From Candidatus Latescibacterota bacterium (GTDB taxonomy: Bacteria > Latescibacterota > UBA2968 > UBA8231): a stretch of DNA of 64,000 bases. A program made the position numbers and the translations under genes. The notes beneath the pieces were generated by a model. That model did no database searches. It worked only from the letters and a program-made list of their open reading frames with translations, and had not been told where the DNA came from. This document shows, piece after piece, positions 9,404 to 19,402 of the stretch (positions are counted from its first letter, which is position 1; the number at the start of each line of letters is the position of its first letter). The stretch is from NCBI GenBank assembly GCA_965248355.1, contig OZ252098.1, forward strand, positions 4,192,001 through 4,256,000, given 5' to 3'.

Positions 9404-10433
9404 GAAAGACTCCATGTCCATCGATGCCGCAAAGCTCCACCGCGAGAGTCTCGTGATCGACTCCCACAACGACACCGCAGTCACCCTGATCAGTCACGGG
9501 GATCTGGATCTGGAAGGAAGGCCGCGGAACGATCGCGCCGGCTTCGTGGCCCACCTGAGAAAGCGCCTGCCGGCCGGCACGCGGGGTCCGCAGCTCACCC
9601 TGACCCTGTTGCGCGAAAGCGGTATCGACGTGGCCTTCTTCGCCGTGGACAACACTTCCGCCTGGGGCCACCACCTCCTCTACGTGATGGATGCCCACGG
9701 GTACCTGCTGCGGGAGATTCACGAGCACGACCACTGGATCCGCATCGTCCGGAGCTGCGCCGAGATCGACGCCAACCGGGAGGAAGGCCGTCTTGGCGCG
9801 CTCCTGACCGTCGAGAACTCGGAGGCCCTCGAGGGCTCCCTATACGTCCTCGACGCCCTGTACGAACTGGGTATACGGTCCTTGACCCTGACCCACTCCG
9901 CCCGCACCCGGGCGGGGGATGGTTGCGAGGTGGAAGGCGGCGGCGGCTTGACGGCCTTCGGACGGCAGGTCGTCAGGCGAATGGAGGACTTGGGGATGCT
10001 CGTTGACGTGTCCCACCTGAACGACCGCGGGTTCGAGGACGTCCTCGACGTGGCGAGCCGTCCCGTCATCGCCTCGCACAGTTGCTGCAGGGCCTTGTGC
10101 GGAGACCTCAGGAACCTGACCGACGGACAGCTTCGCCGCCTCGGCGAGACCGGGGGCGTCGTCGGCATCACCTACGTACCCTGGTTCATCGACACGGAAG
10201 ACCCACCGACCCTGGCCCGCCTCGTGGACCACATCCTGCACGCCCTCGAGGTCGCCGGCGAGGATGCGGTCGGCCTGGGATCGGACTTCGACGGCGGTGG
10301 GGACCTGTTCGCCGACGCCTCTCAGGTGCCGTCGATCACCGAAGAGCTCCTACGCCGCGGCGTCGGCGAGGCGGTGGTCGTCAAGGTGCTGGGGGGCAAC
10401 CACCGAAGGCTGCTGGAGACCACCGTCGGGTAG
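9396..10433 (+). CDS. Membrane dipeptidase (peptidase M19) family protein
   Basis: DSHND, VENSE, VDVSH, IASHS, RNLTD, GLGSDFDG motifs. Confidence 0.9.
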   Translation: MSRKDSMSIDAAKLHRESLVIDSHNDTAVTLISHGDLDLEGRPRNDRAGFVAHLRKRLPAGTRGPQLTLTLLRESGIDVAFFAVDNTSAWGHHLLYVMDAHGYLLREIHEHDHWIRIVRSCAEIDANREEGRLGALLTVENSEALEGSLYVLDALYELGIRSLTLTHSARTRAGDGCEVEGGGGLTAFGRQVVRRMEDLGMLVDVSHLNDRGFEDVLDVASRPVIASHSCCRALCGDLRNLTDGQLRRLGETGGVVGITYVPWFIDTEDPPTLARLVDHILHALEVAGEDAVGLGSDFDGGGDLFADASQVPSITEELLRRGVGEAVVVKVLGGNHRRLLETTVG

Positions 10434-10533
10434 TGGGCGACGCCATCCCCGGAAGGCAGCTGCAGCCGCGTCCGGTCGCGGCAGATCGCCGCGGGAGAGG
10501 AAGGCGCCGCGCCCATGCGTGGACCACCCCTGT

Positions 10534-11706
10534 CTACCGGGCGCGCACGGCCCGGCCGATGTTGCGCAGCTGTTCCAGTGTCAGCAGGCCGTAGTTGTAG
10601 AAGGTGACGCCGCCGGCGCCGGCCTCGCGGGCGGCCGCCAGTTGCTCCGCGATCGGCTCCGCCTCGCGCAGGTCTCCGACGGGGCTCAGGAACACCGTCC
10701 CGCCCGGGGCGATCATCCCTTCCAGCTCGCGGACCCGCTCGCCGGGCTCCTCCCCTTCGCGCAGGGTGTAGCTGAGCCGGTCCACCCGCCGGTTGATGAT
10801 CGGGTCGAGATCGTTGGCCAGCGCCCGGTCCGGGCTCGCCAGGTCGGCCTGCACCCTGGCCCCCCGGCTGCGGATCACCTCCGCCACCTGGAGCCACAGA
10901 TCCGTCGTCTGCCGTCGCGAGATCTCGAGATAGCGCTGCAGGCGGCCGTCGAAGGCCTCGGCGATCCAGGCGCCGGTGGCCGGCTCGTCCATGGCGGGAT
11001 CGGCGCCGGCGGCCAGCCGCGGGCGCATCCAGTCCACCAGGTCCCGCCGCAACGGCTCGGCCTCCAGGCCGGCGGCGTCGGCGAAGGCCATGGAGGCCGG
11101 GTTGAAGCAGAGACCCAGGAGGAACCGGCAGCGCTCCGGCATCTCGGCCCGCCTCTTGCCGGGCATGGAGAACCCGCGCCTGGCCAGGGACTCCACCCAC
11201 ACGGCGTCGGGCCGGAAGCGCTCCAGGACCTCTTCGGTGAGGGCCTGGAAGTAGTCCCTCACGTCTTGCGGCGCCGTGCTCAGCGCTCCCACGTGCGGGG
11301 TCCCGAAGGCGTCGTGCCGGGCGAACTCCGGGTAGCGTTCGGACAGGTGGTTCTGAAAGGTGTAGACCATCCAGGCCGAGAACCCGAGGCCCCGCCCGCG
11401 GATGGCCTCCACCATGCGGTCGAACCAGGCGGGGTCCGTGACCTCCCGGCTCACCCGGGGGCTGATGCGCGTCCCCTCGTAGCGGGACAGGTCCGGGGAG
11501 AAGTACACGGCGCCGTTCTCGCCGAAGTAGACGGGCCGCTTGGGGTTGTGGGGCAGATAGTACTCGGAGCGGTGGTAGCAGGGGGTGAGCAGGACCTCGC
11601 CGCAGGCGGCCAGGTCGGCGATGCGGCCCAGGGAAACCTCCAGGCCCTCGTCCGCCAGATCCCAGGGATAGGTGTAGAGGGATACGACGAAGGAGTCCGT
11701 GCTCAC
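10534..11706 (-). CDS. Hypothetical protein, probable TIM-barrel hydrolase-like
   Basis: Long ORF with GC-rich codon bias; YTYPWDL, PCYH and C-terminal VTFYNYGL; GTG start just after the upstream stop. Confidence 0.6.
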   Translation of the reverse strand: MSTDSFVVSLYTYPWDLADEGLEVSLGRIADLAACGEVLLTPCYHRSEYYLPHNPKRPVYFGENGAVYFSPDLSRYEGTRISPRVSREVTDPAWFDRMVEAIRGRGLGFSAWMVYTFQNHLSERYPEFARHDAFGTPHVGALSTAPQDVRDYFQALTEEVLERFRPDAVWVESLARRGFSMPGKRRAEMPERCRFLLGLCFNPASMAFADAAGLEAEPLRRDLVDWMRPRLAAGADPAMDEPATGAWIAEAFDGRLQRYLEISRRQTTDLWLQVAEVIRSRGARVQADLASPDRALANDLDPIINRRVDRLSYTLREGEEPGERVRELEGMIAPGGTVFLSPVGDLREAEPIAEQLAAAREAGAGGVTFYNYGLLTLEQLRNIGRAVRAR

Positions 11707-11710
11707 TTCA

Positions 11711-12826
11711 CTATCCCCCACCCACCGCGGCGCCTCCGATGGGCCTTCCGGCGGCGGACCGGATCTGCTCGGCGTAATGCTCCTCGCCGAAGGTCTCCTT
11801 CTTGTTGAGATAGCGGCTCATGGCCGGGATGATCTTGAGGCTGCGGTCGGCGATGGGGAAGCGGACGGGCGCGTGGTCCTCGCGGTGCGACTGGCGCAGC
11901 CCGATGGAGATCTCGAGGACCTTGCGCATGTTCTGGCCGCTGCAGCGGGGCTCGATGCCCTGGTCGAGGGACTCGACGATCGACTGGATGCCGCCGCGCT
12001 GGCGGGTGCCGCTGGGGTTGATCCAGTCCTCCGGATCGCCGAACTCGGTGAAGAAGTCCTCCTCCTCCACCAGCTTTCCGTGGGGCTCGCCCCGCCAGAG
12101 GTGGCCGCTGGTCCAGTTCGAGTGGTAGACGCCCTTGCTGCACACCACCTCGATGCCCTCCAGGGGTGAGCGCCGGGTGTGGATGAAGGCGTCGACGCCG
12201 TTGGCGAAGCGGATGGCCCCGCCCATGCACTGGTCGTCGTCCGAGAAGGGGTCGCCGAGGCACCAGCCGGTCAGCCACTCGACATCGGCGTCTCCGGCGA
12301 ACAGGCGCAGGACGCTGAGGCCCTGGCAGCCGCCCCCCGAGATCTCGCCCGTCGACTGGTAGAGGTTGATGCTGCACAGCTCTCCCAGGTCGCCGGAGTC
12401 GATGAGCCTCTTCACCTTCCAGTGCTGGGGCATGTTCCGGTAGGCGTCGCCCGAGGCGAAGGCGATGCCCCGCGCTTCGCAGGCGTCGACCATGGCGTCG
12501 GCCTCCTCCAGGCTCGCCGCCATGGGCTTCTCGCAATAGACGGCCTTGACGCCCGCCTCGGCGCAGTCGATGACCACCCGCGGGTTGGGTCTCACCGGCA
12601 GGATCGGGGCGGCGATGTCGATCTCCTCCTGTGCGAGCAGCTCGCGGTAGTCGGCATACCCCGGCAGCGGGAAATGCTCCAGAAAGATCTTCAGATTGTC
12701 GGCGTCCGGATCGGCGGCGGCGACCACCTCGGTCCGCGGGTTGCCGGCGTATCCCCGGGCGTGTCCGTGTCCCTTGCGGCCGCAGCCGATCAAGGCGACG
12801 CGGTAGGTCCTGTGGTCCTGCGTCAT
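11711..12826 (-). CDS. Gfo/Idh/MocA family oxidoreductase
   Basis: YRVALIGCGRKG, YCEKPMA; strong RBS GGAGGAG. Confidence 0.9.
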   Translation of the reverse strand: MTQDHRTYRVALIGCGRKGHGHARGYAGNPRTEVVAAADPDADNLKIFLEHFPLPGYADYRELLAQEEIDIAAPILPVRPNPRVVIDCAEAGVKAVYCEKPMAASLEEADAMVDACEARGIAFASGDAYRNMPQHWKVKRLIDSGDLGELCSINLYQSTGEISGGGCQGLSVLRLFAGDADVEWLTGWCLGDPFSDDDQCMGGAIRFANGVDAFIHTRRSPLEGIEVVCSKGVYHSNWTSGHLWRGEPHGKLVEEEDFFTEFGDPEDWINPSGTRQRGGIQSIVESLDQGIEPRCSGQNMRKVLEISIGLRQSHREDHAPVRFPIADRSLKIIPAMSRYLNKKETFGEEHYAEQIRSAAGRPIGGAAVGGG

Positions 12827-12897
12827 GGTCTCCTCCCTCCTGAGGCGGTAAGCACGGGGATATCGACAGGGTACACAACTTGCCCCTTCTTTGCAGG

Positions 12898-14889
12898 ATG
12901 GACGCCTCCCGCGCCCCACAAGCCGCCGGGCAACCCCGGCTGCGCTTTGGCCGGAGCATCATCGCCGGGGCGCTGCTGTCCCTGATCATCAGCGTCGGCT
13001 TCGCCTACTGCCGGCTGGCCCTGTCCACGGCCGGCATGTCCTCCGACTACATCACCGCCGGGGCCGTGGCCGTCTTCTTCCTCCTCACGGCCCTCCTCAA
13101 CCCGCTCCTCAAGCTCGTGCACCGGCCCTGGGCCTTCCACCGCGCCGAGCTGGCCGTGGTCTACGTGATGCTCATCATCGCCTCGACCATCCCCACCTGG
13201 GGCTTCTCGGCCAACCTCGTCCCCATGCTCCCGGCGGTCTACTACTTCTCCACCCCGGAGAACGACTGGGCCGAGCTGGTCCAGCCCCACATCCACCGCT
13301 GGATGGTGGTCCACGACCACGACGCCGTCACCTACTTCTTCCAGGGCCTGCCCGAAGGGGCGTCGATCCCCTGGGGCCCCTGGGTCGTGCCCCTGGCCGC
13401 GTGGCTCACCTTCATCGTCGCCATCTACCTGATGATGATCTGCCTCATGGTGCTGCTGCGCCGCCAGTGGGTGGAGCACGAGCGCCTGCTCTTCCCCCTC
13501 GTGCAGCTGCCCCTGCAGATGATCGAGGAGGGCCGGCCCGGCGACCGCTTCGGCCCCTTCCTGAAGAGCCCGCTCATGTGGATCGGGTTCCTCGTGCCCT
13601 TCTGCCTGCTGAGCACCTACGGCCTGAACTACTACTTCCCCATCGTCCCCAAGGTCGACCTCTACGCCATCATCGTGCCCTTCCGCGACTGGGGCGCCAT
13701 GGAGATCCTCCTCAGCTTCACGGTCCTCGGCCTGTCCTACTTCCTCAGCTTCGCCCTGTCCTCCAGCCTGTGGCTGTTCCATCTGCTGGCCGACGTGCAG
13801 ATGGGGATCCAGTACACCATCGGCTACCGGCTGTCGGGGGAGATCGAGAAGTTCATGGAGGGGACGTTGATGCTGGCCCACCAGGGCATGGGCGCCATGC
13901 TGGCCGTCATCGCCTACGGCATCTGGACGTCCCGGGGCCACCTCAGGGCGGTGGCCCACAAGGTCTGGCGGTCCGGTCCCGGCACCCTCGACGACAGCGG
14001 CGAGATGCTCTCCTACCGGACCGCCGCCGTGCTGCTGGGACTTTGCAGCCTGTACGTGACCGTCTGGCTCACCCTGTCGGGCGTGCCCCTGTGGGTGACC
14101 ATCGTCTTCCTGCTGGTGGCCTTCGGCGTCTTCCTGTTCATGGCCCGCCTCATCGCCGAGAGCGGCCTGGGTTTCATCCGGCCCCAGATGACGGCCCAGA
14201 CCATCGTCATCAACTTCCTCGGCACCCGCAACGTCACCCCCTCCGGCCTCTTCAGCCTGGCCATGACCTTCAGCTGGGCCGGCAACCTGCGCATCCTGCT
14301 CATGGCCTCGGCCATGAACGGCATGAAGCTGGCCGAGCGCGTCGGCGCCCTGCGCCGCCCCCTGTTCTGGGCCATGGTGGTGGCCATGCTCGTGAGCCTG
14401 CTCTCCTCGGTCTGGCTGGTCATCTACCTGGCCTACGAGCACGGCGGCATCAACCTGGAGCTGTGGGCCTACCAGGCCATGGCCAAGGGCCCCGCCAACC
14501 TCACCGCCTACAAGATCCTGAACCCCGTGAGCCTGCTGGACCCCTTCGACGTGATGGGTCCGCGGCTGCTCTTCACCGGCGTCGGCGGCGCCGTCATGAC
14601 CGCCCTCATCTGGGCCCGACACCACCTGCTGTGGTGGCCCGTGCACTACATCGGCTTCGCCGTGAGCGCCACCAACATGACCTCGGCGAGCTGGTTCAGC
14701 ATCTTCCTGGGATCGATCTTCAAGGCCTTCATCCTCAAGTACGGCGGGGTCCGGCTCTACCGCGCGTTGCGCCCGCTCTTCCTCGGCTTCATCCTGGGCC
14801 AGATCACCTGCTCCGCCTTCTGGCTCGTCGTCGACCTGATCGCCGGCGGCACCGGCAACAAGGTCCCGGTCTTCTCCCACCACTACTAG
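12898..14889 (+). CDS. Polytopic membrane protein, DUF6785/DUF6784-like (putative transporter)
   Basis: Many TM segments; LRRQWVEHERLLFPL, WWPVHYIGF, KYGGVRLYRALRPLFLGFILG. Confidence 0.75.
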   Translation: MDASRAPQAAGQPRLRFGRSIIAGALLSLIISVGFAYCRLALSTAGMSSDYITAGAVAVFFLLTALLNPLLKLVHRPWAFHRAELAVVYVMLIIASTIPTWGFSANLVPMLPAVYYFSTPENDWAELVQPHIHRWMVVHDHDAVTYFFQGLPEGASIPWGPWVVPLAAWLTFIVAIYLMMICLMVLLRRQWVEHERLLFPLVQLPLQMIEEGRPGDRFGPFLKSPLMWIGFLVPFCLLSTYGLNYYFPIVPKVDLYAIIVPFRDWGAMEILLSFTVLGLSYFLSFALSSSLWLFHLLADVQMGIQYTIGYRLSGEIEKFMEGTLMLAHQGMGAMLAVIAYGIWTSRGHLRAVAHKVWRSGPGTLDDSGEMLSYRTAAVLLGLCSLYVTVWLTLSGVPLWVTIVFLLVAFGVFLFMARLIAESGLGFIRPQMTAQTIVINFLGTRNVTPSGLFSLAMTFSWAGNLRILLMASAMNGMKLAERVGALRRPLFWAMVVAMLVSLLSSVWLVIYLAYEHGGINLELWAYQAMAKGPANLTAYKILNPVSLLDPFDVMGPRLLFTGVGGAVMTALIWARHHLLWWPVHYIGFAVSATNMTSASWFSIFLGSIFKAFILKYGGVRLYRALRPLFLGFILGQITCSAFWLVVDLIAGGTGNKVPVFSHHY

Positions 14890-14905
14890 TCGAACAAGGA
14901 GGTTC

Positions 14906-15799
14906 ATGGTGGCCAGGTACAGTTTGACTTCAGGGCTTTTCTCTCTGGACGAAGAGAGCGCAGCAAAGGATGATCTCGCAGCGACACTCGAGTCGATTGC
15001 CGCCGCCGGTTTCAGCGAAACGGAACTGATGGCGGAGGGCGAAGAGTGGCAGAGACCAGGGCCGCACGACGCGGGACCGTGCCGCCGGGCACTGGAGCGA
15101 TGGGGGATCTATCCGCACACCATACACACGCCCATGACGGACGTGAACCTGGCAAGCTCGATCGAGGCGATTCGGCGTGACAGCGTCGCGCGCATCGGGG
15201 ATGCGATGCGGTTTCTCGGGGAGGTCGGCGGACGCACCGCCATCGTGCATCCAACAGGCCACCCCACCCCTGAAGAGCAGCCCCTTGCATTGGAGAACAG
15301 GGGTGCGGCGGTGGAGCGCAGCCACCGCTCCGTGAGTGAGCTGGTCGCGGTTGCGGCGGAGACCGGGGTCCGTATCGCGCTGGAGAACCTGGGGACTACA
15401 AGGAGCCCGCATCGTCCACTGCCGTCCATGCAGGAGCTGCGCGCCTTCATCGCCGGCTTTCCGCCGGAACACGTAGGGCTCTGCCTGGACGCGGGGCACG
15501 CCTGCATCAGCGGACTCGATCCAGCCGAGCAGGCGCGAGTCGCCTCGGAGCGGCTCTACGCGCTGCACATACAGGATGTGGACGGAAAGAGCGACTGCCA
15601 CTGGGTTCCGGGGCGCGGCGTCATCGACTGGTCCGCCCTGGGGGAGGCGCTTGCGGCCATCGACTTTGATGGTGCGTGGACGATAGAGGCCATGACGGGA
15701 GGCACGGAGGCGACGGCAGAGCAGGTCGCCGCCGAGTGCACTGCGTTGTCCGAACGCTGGGAAGCAGGAGGAATGTCGAATCCGGGGCCGCGCGGCTGA
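14906..15799 (+). CDS. Sugar phosphate isomerase/epimerase (xylose isomerase-like TIM barrel)
   Basis: IALENL, CLDAGHA, LHIQD, HWVPGRGVIDW, WTIE metal-binding motifs. Confidence 0.85.
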   Translation: MVARYSLTSGLFSLDEESAAKDDLAATLESIAAAGFSETELMAEGEEWQRPGPHDAGPCRRALERWGIYPHTIHTPMTDVNLASSIEAIRRDSVARIGDAMRFLGEVGGRTAIVHPTGHPTPEEQPLALENRGAAVERSHRSVSELVAVAAETGVRIALENLGTTRSPHRPLPSMQELRAFIAGFPPEHVGLCLDAGHACISGLDPAEQARVASERLYALHIQDVDGKSDCHWVPGRGVIDWSALGEALAAIDFDGAWTIEAMTGGTEATAEQVAAECTALSERWEAGGMSNPGPRG

Positions 15800-15837
15800 T
15801 CCGGCTTCAGGCCGGCAGCCACGTTGGCTTGCCGGTC

Positions 15838-17622
15838 CTACAGGCGTATGGCGATCTGGTCCAGCAGCAGCAGGACGCCCAGGGGGAGGAAGTCGCCGAG
15901 GATGAGCCCAAGGAAGAAGGGCCGCATCCGGGTGAAGAGGCGGGGGCCGCCGTATCCCAGGATCAGGGTCTTCAGCAGCCAGGCCACCATCACCGTGAAG
16001 AACATCTTGTGGATCACCAGGCTGATGGGAAGCCGATGGGGTGCAGGGGCCACCAGATGAGTTGCTGGCGCAGGAGCATGAGTCCGGCCATGATGCCGCC
16101 GCCGATGGCCATGTAGCCCCAGTATTCCCACTTCGGCCCCACGGAGGAGCGCACCCGCGCCAGGGCGTCCTGCCAGGGATACTGCGTCTGCTCGAGGAAG
16201 TAGTGGGAGGTGTTCAGCCCGCCGTGCTCGTAGGCGATGGAAAGCATCATCCAGGCGGAGCTGCCCATGGTGACGACCAGGGCCACCACCATGCTCGGGA
16301 AGATCAACCGCCGTCCCCGCTTGACGTGCTCCTCGATGATCTTGAGCCCGTTGGAGCAGGAGACCATGACGAAGGTGATGATGTCGCTGGCCCACATGTA
16401 GGTGAGGGAGAGGGCCGCGATGCCGGTCAGTCCCAGGGCCCGGGTGCCGATCCCCCCGATCACCACGTCGGAGGCCACCATGGGCGTCACCAGGTAGGGC
16501 AGTCCTCCTTCGGAGATGATCCGCGTGATGCCCAGAAAGAGGACGAAGGCCAGGAAGAGGAAGACCGCCGTGATCCACGCCGGCATCCCCGCCTGCCACA
16601 GCCAGAAGCACATGAAGCCCAGACAAGCAAGAAGCAGCAGCACCGACCCCCGGTAGGAGAGGATCTCGTCGCCGTCGTCCATCCGCCGGCCTCGGCCGAA
16701 GGCATGGGCAAAGACCCTGCCGATGTGGCGGCGGCCGTTCCACAGGCTGAAGAGGGCGAGGACGACGAAGGCGCCGAACCCCTGGTGGGAGGCGATGGTG
16801 CCGCCCTGGGACCAGGGGCTGAAGAGGGGATCGATGCGCTCCACTCCCAGGCTGATCATCGCCGCTTCCTGGGCGAAGTTGATGATGGCGAAGACCCAGA
16901 AGCCGAGGGAGACCTCGCGCCGCACCAGGTAGGTGAAGCCGATCATCATGAAGTTGATGCCGATGCGCAGGCGCAGCTGGTCTTCGAAGAAGTGGAGGTA
17001 GTACCCCCCGATGGGGATGATGGGCAGGAAGTAGAAGTGGCGGTTGACGCCGTTGTAGCACTGGATGAAGAAGGGGATGGCGAAACCGAGCCAGAAGAGC
17101 CAGCTCTTGAAGAGGGGCTTGATCAGCCCCGGGGAGTCGCCATCGTCGATCATGGAGATGGGCAGCTGGGTCATGGGGAAGATCAGGCGCTCGTGGTGGA
17201 CCCATTGCCTCCGCAGGATGACCATGATGGCGATCATGGCCAGGTGCAGGGAGAGGGCGAGCGGCAGCCAGTGGAGCAGAGGCGGCAGCCAGATCCCCCA
17301 GGGCACGCCCCCGCCGGGGGCGCCCTCGTAGAAGTCCTTGATCTCGCCGAACTCCTTGGTGGGGATGGCCCAGTCCGGGATCAGGGGCAGCACCTCGTAG
17401 CCCCAGTTGTTCTCCGGACTGGCGTAGTAGACGGCGGCGGTCAGTATCGGCAGCAGGTAGGAGACGATGCCGCAGGTGGCCACCGCCGAGCCGATGATCC
17501 ACATGACGTACATCTGCGCCAGCTCGGCGGGGGAGAGCATCCACTTCCGGCGCATGAGGCCGGCGAGGGGGTTGCCCACCAGGATGACCGCGAAGAGGAT
17601 GATCAGCGCTCCCGGCGTGTGC
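15838..17622 (-). pseudogene. Second DUF6785/DUF6784-like membrane protein, 5'-truncated and frameshifted near 16028
   Basis: ILRRQWVHHERLIFP, WWPLHPIGF, then ISLVIHKMFF...RPFFLGLILG in another frame; homology to 12898-14889 ends at about 17620 with no start codon. Confidence 0.8.
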
Positions 17623-18651
17623 GCGACGGCCAGTGGTGGGGCGGGCTGCACGGCTGGAGCAGCAGCGAGAGCGCCGCCGACCGGCTCTTCCTCGGGCTCA
17701 TCGTGGGGCCCCAGTGCGCCCATCTGCTCAGCGGCGACGACGGCTACCTGGAGGTCCTGCGCTCGCAGGTCGTGGCCCTCCTCGATCGCGCGGATCGAGA
17801 ACGGCCGGCTGGTCGTGCCCAAGAGCCACGGCCCCGAGGGCTGGACCGGCTACGACGAGTTCAGCATCCGCGGCGGCCCCACCCACCTGGTCAACCTGTG
17901 GCACGAGTCCATGTCGCCTGGCGACCACGAGCTCGTCACCAGGGTGCGGGACGGCGGCGGCACCGACTGGAACGAGCTGCCGGCCATCGGCGACCGCGGC
18001 GGCGCCCGCACCGAGTTCGCCCGATTCCAGTACTACGACGGCAGGAATCCAGGCTGGCCGGTGCAGTGCCTGCAGGCCGACTACGGTCAGGTGGCCGCCT
18101 ACCTCGAGGGCATGAACCGCGACACCCGCACCGTGCAGCAGATCATCGACGACAACGCCTGGCCGCCGAACCCCGTGATCGTCAAGGGCCTGGTGCAGAC
18201 CACCATGGGCTGCCCCGGCCAGCTCTACAACGGGGGCATCCTGCGGGCCACGGTGCGCTACTTCGACGCCGCCGCGGCCCGGCCGGGCCTGCCGCCGGAC
18301 GTGGCCGCCCTCGTGGACGACCTCTCCGCCGGCGGCTGCGGGATCCAGCTGGTGAACACCAGCCACAGCGACAGCCGCAACCTCATCGTCCAGTCCGGGG
18401 CCTTCGGCGAGCACTCCTTCACCGAGGTGGGGTTCACGGGGACGGCCGTCGGCAGCGACGAGCCCAACCCCAACACCCGCGTGCGCGCCGACAGGACGGC
18501 CACGGCGGCCACCGTCCAGGTCGACGGCCGGCACTTCAGCGTGACCCTGCCGCCCATGACCTCCGTGCGTCTCACCTGCGGCCTGAGGCGGTTCGCCAAC
18601 GACCCGAGCTACGCCTTCCCCTGGCACGGCGGCCAGGTGCCCGTCGAGTAG
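17622..18651 (+). pseudogene. C-terminal half of a third paralogue of the ~650-aa family, 5'-deleted, frameshift near 17790
   Basis: RDGQWWGGLHGW...YLEVLRSQ, then FQYYDG, ILRATVRYFD, QSGAFGEH, PSYAFPWH. Confidence 0.85.
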
Positions 18652-18669
18652 CCCCTGGCCCGAGGACTG

Positions 18670-19391
18670 ATGACGACCGGCCGCGCCCGCCCGGCCCCGA
18701 CCGCCAGGACGGGGTTGATCGAACGGGCCCGCCGCGTGATCCCCGGTTGCTCCCAGGCCTTCAGCAAGGGCCTGGACCAGTATCCCGGATCCCTCGGTCC
18801 CCACTACCTCGTGCGCGGCAGCGGGGCGGAGGACTTCACCATGGGGTTGTGTCCCGTCGTTCTGGGATATGCCGATCCCGAGGTGAACGAGGCCGTCCGC
18901 CGGCAGCGGGAGGGACCGGATCGCCTGCTGCGGCTATCACGGCTGGCACGACTGGTACATCGGGACGACCCCGCGCGATCTCGGGGTCCCGCGCCAGGTG
19001 GCCGATCTCACCCACACCTTTCCCTACGGGGACGTGGCCGGCCTCGCGCAGTTGCTGCAGAGCCGCTCGGCGCACGGCGGCGCGGTTCGGGCTCGGGGAC
19101 CGGCTGCGCTGCGTCGGGTGCGGCCCCCGAAGCGTGCTGCGGTTCACCGGGCCCGACGGCGGCGAAGATCCAGACATGCGCCGCGGCATCCTCACGGCGA
19201 ACTGCCACAACATGTGCCTGGCCCACACGCCCGAGGTCGTGGACCGGCTGCTCGCCGTGTACGGCGAGGTGATGGAGATGATCTCCGGTCTTCTGCGGCG
19301 CGGCGAGAACCTGCGCGCCCAAGTGGAGGGTGAGCTGGTACGGCCGGTCTTCCGGCGCCCCCTCCCCGGCTTCCAGCGGGCCCTCTCCTGA
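18670..19391 (+). pseudogene. Class III aminotransferase (glutamate-1-semialdehyde aminomutase-like) remnant with several internal deletions
   Basis: IPGCSQAFSK, MGLCPVVLGYADPEVNEAV, ACCGYHGWHDWYIG and a C-terminal HNMCLAH block across different frames; the PLP-Lys region is missing. Confidence 0.75.
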
Positions 19392-19402
19392 GCCTCGACG
19401 AC

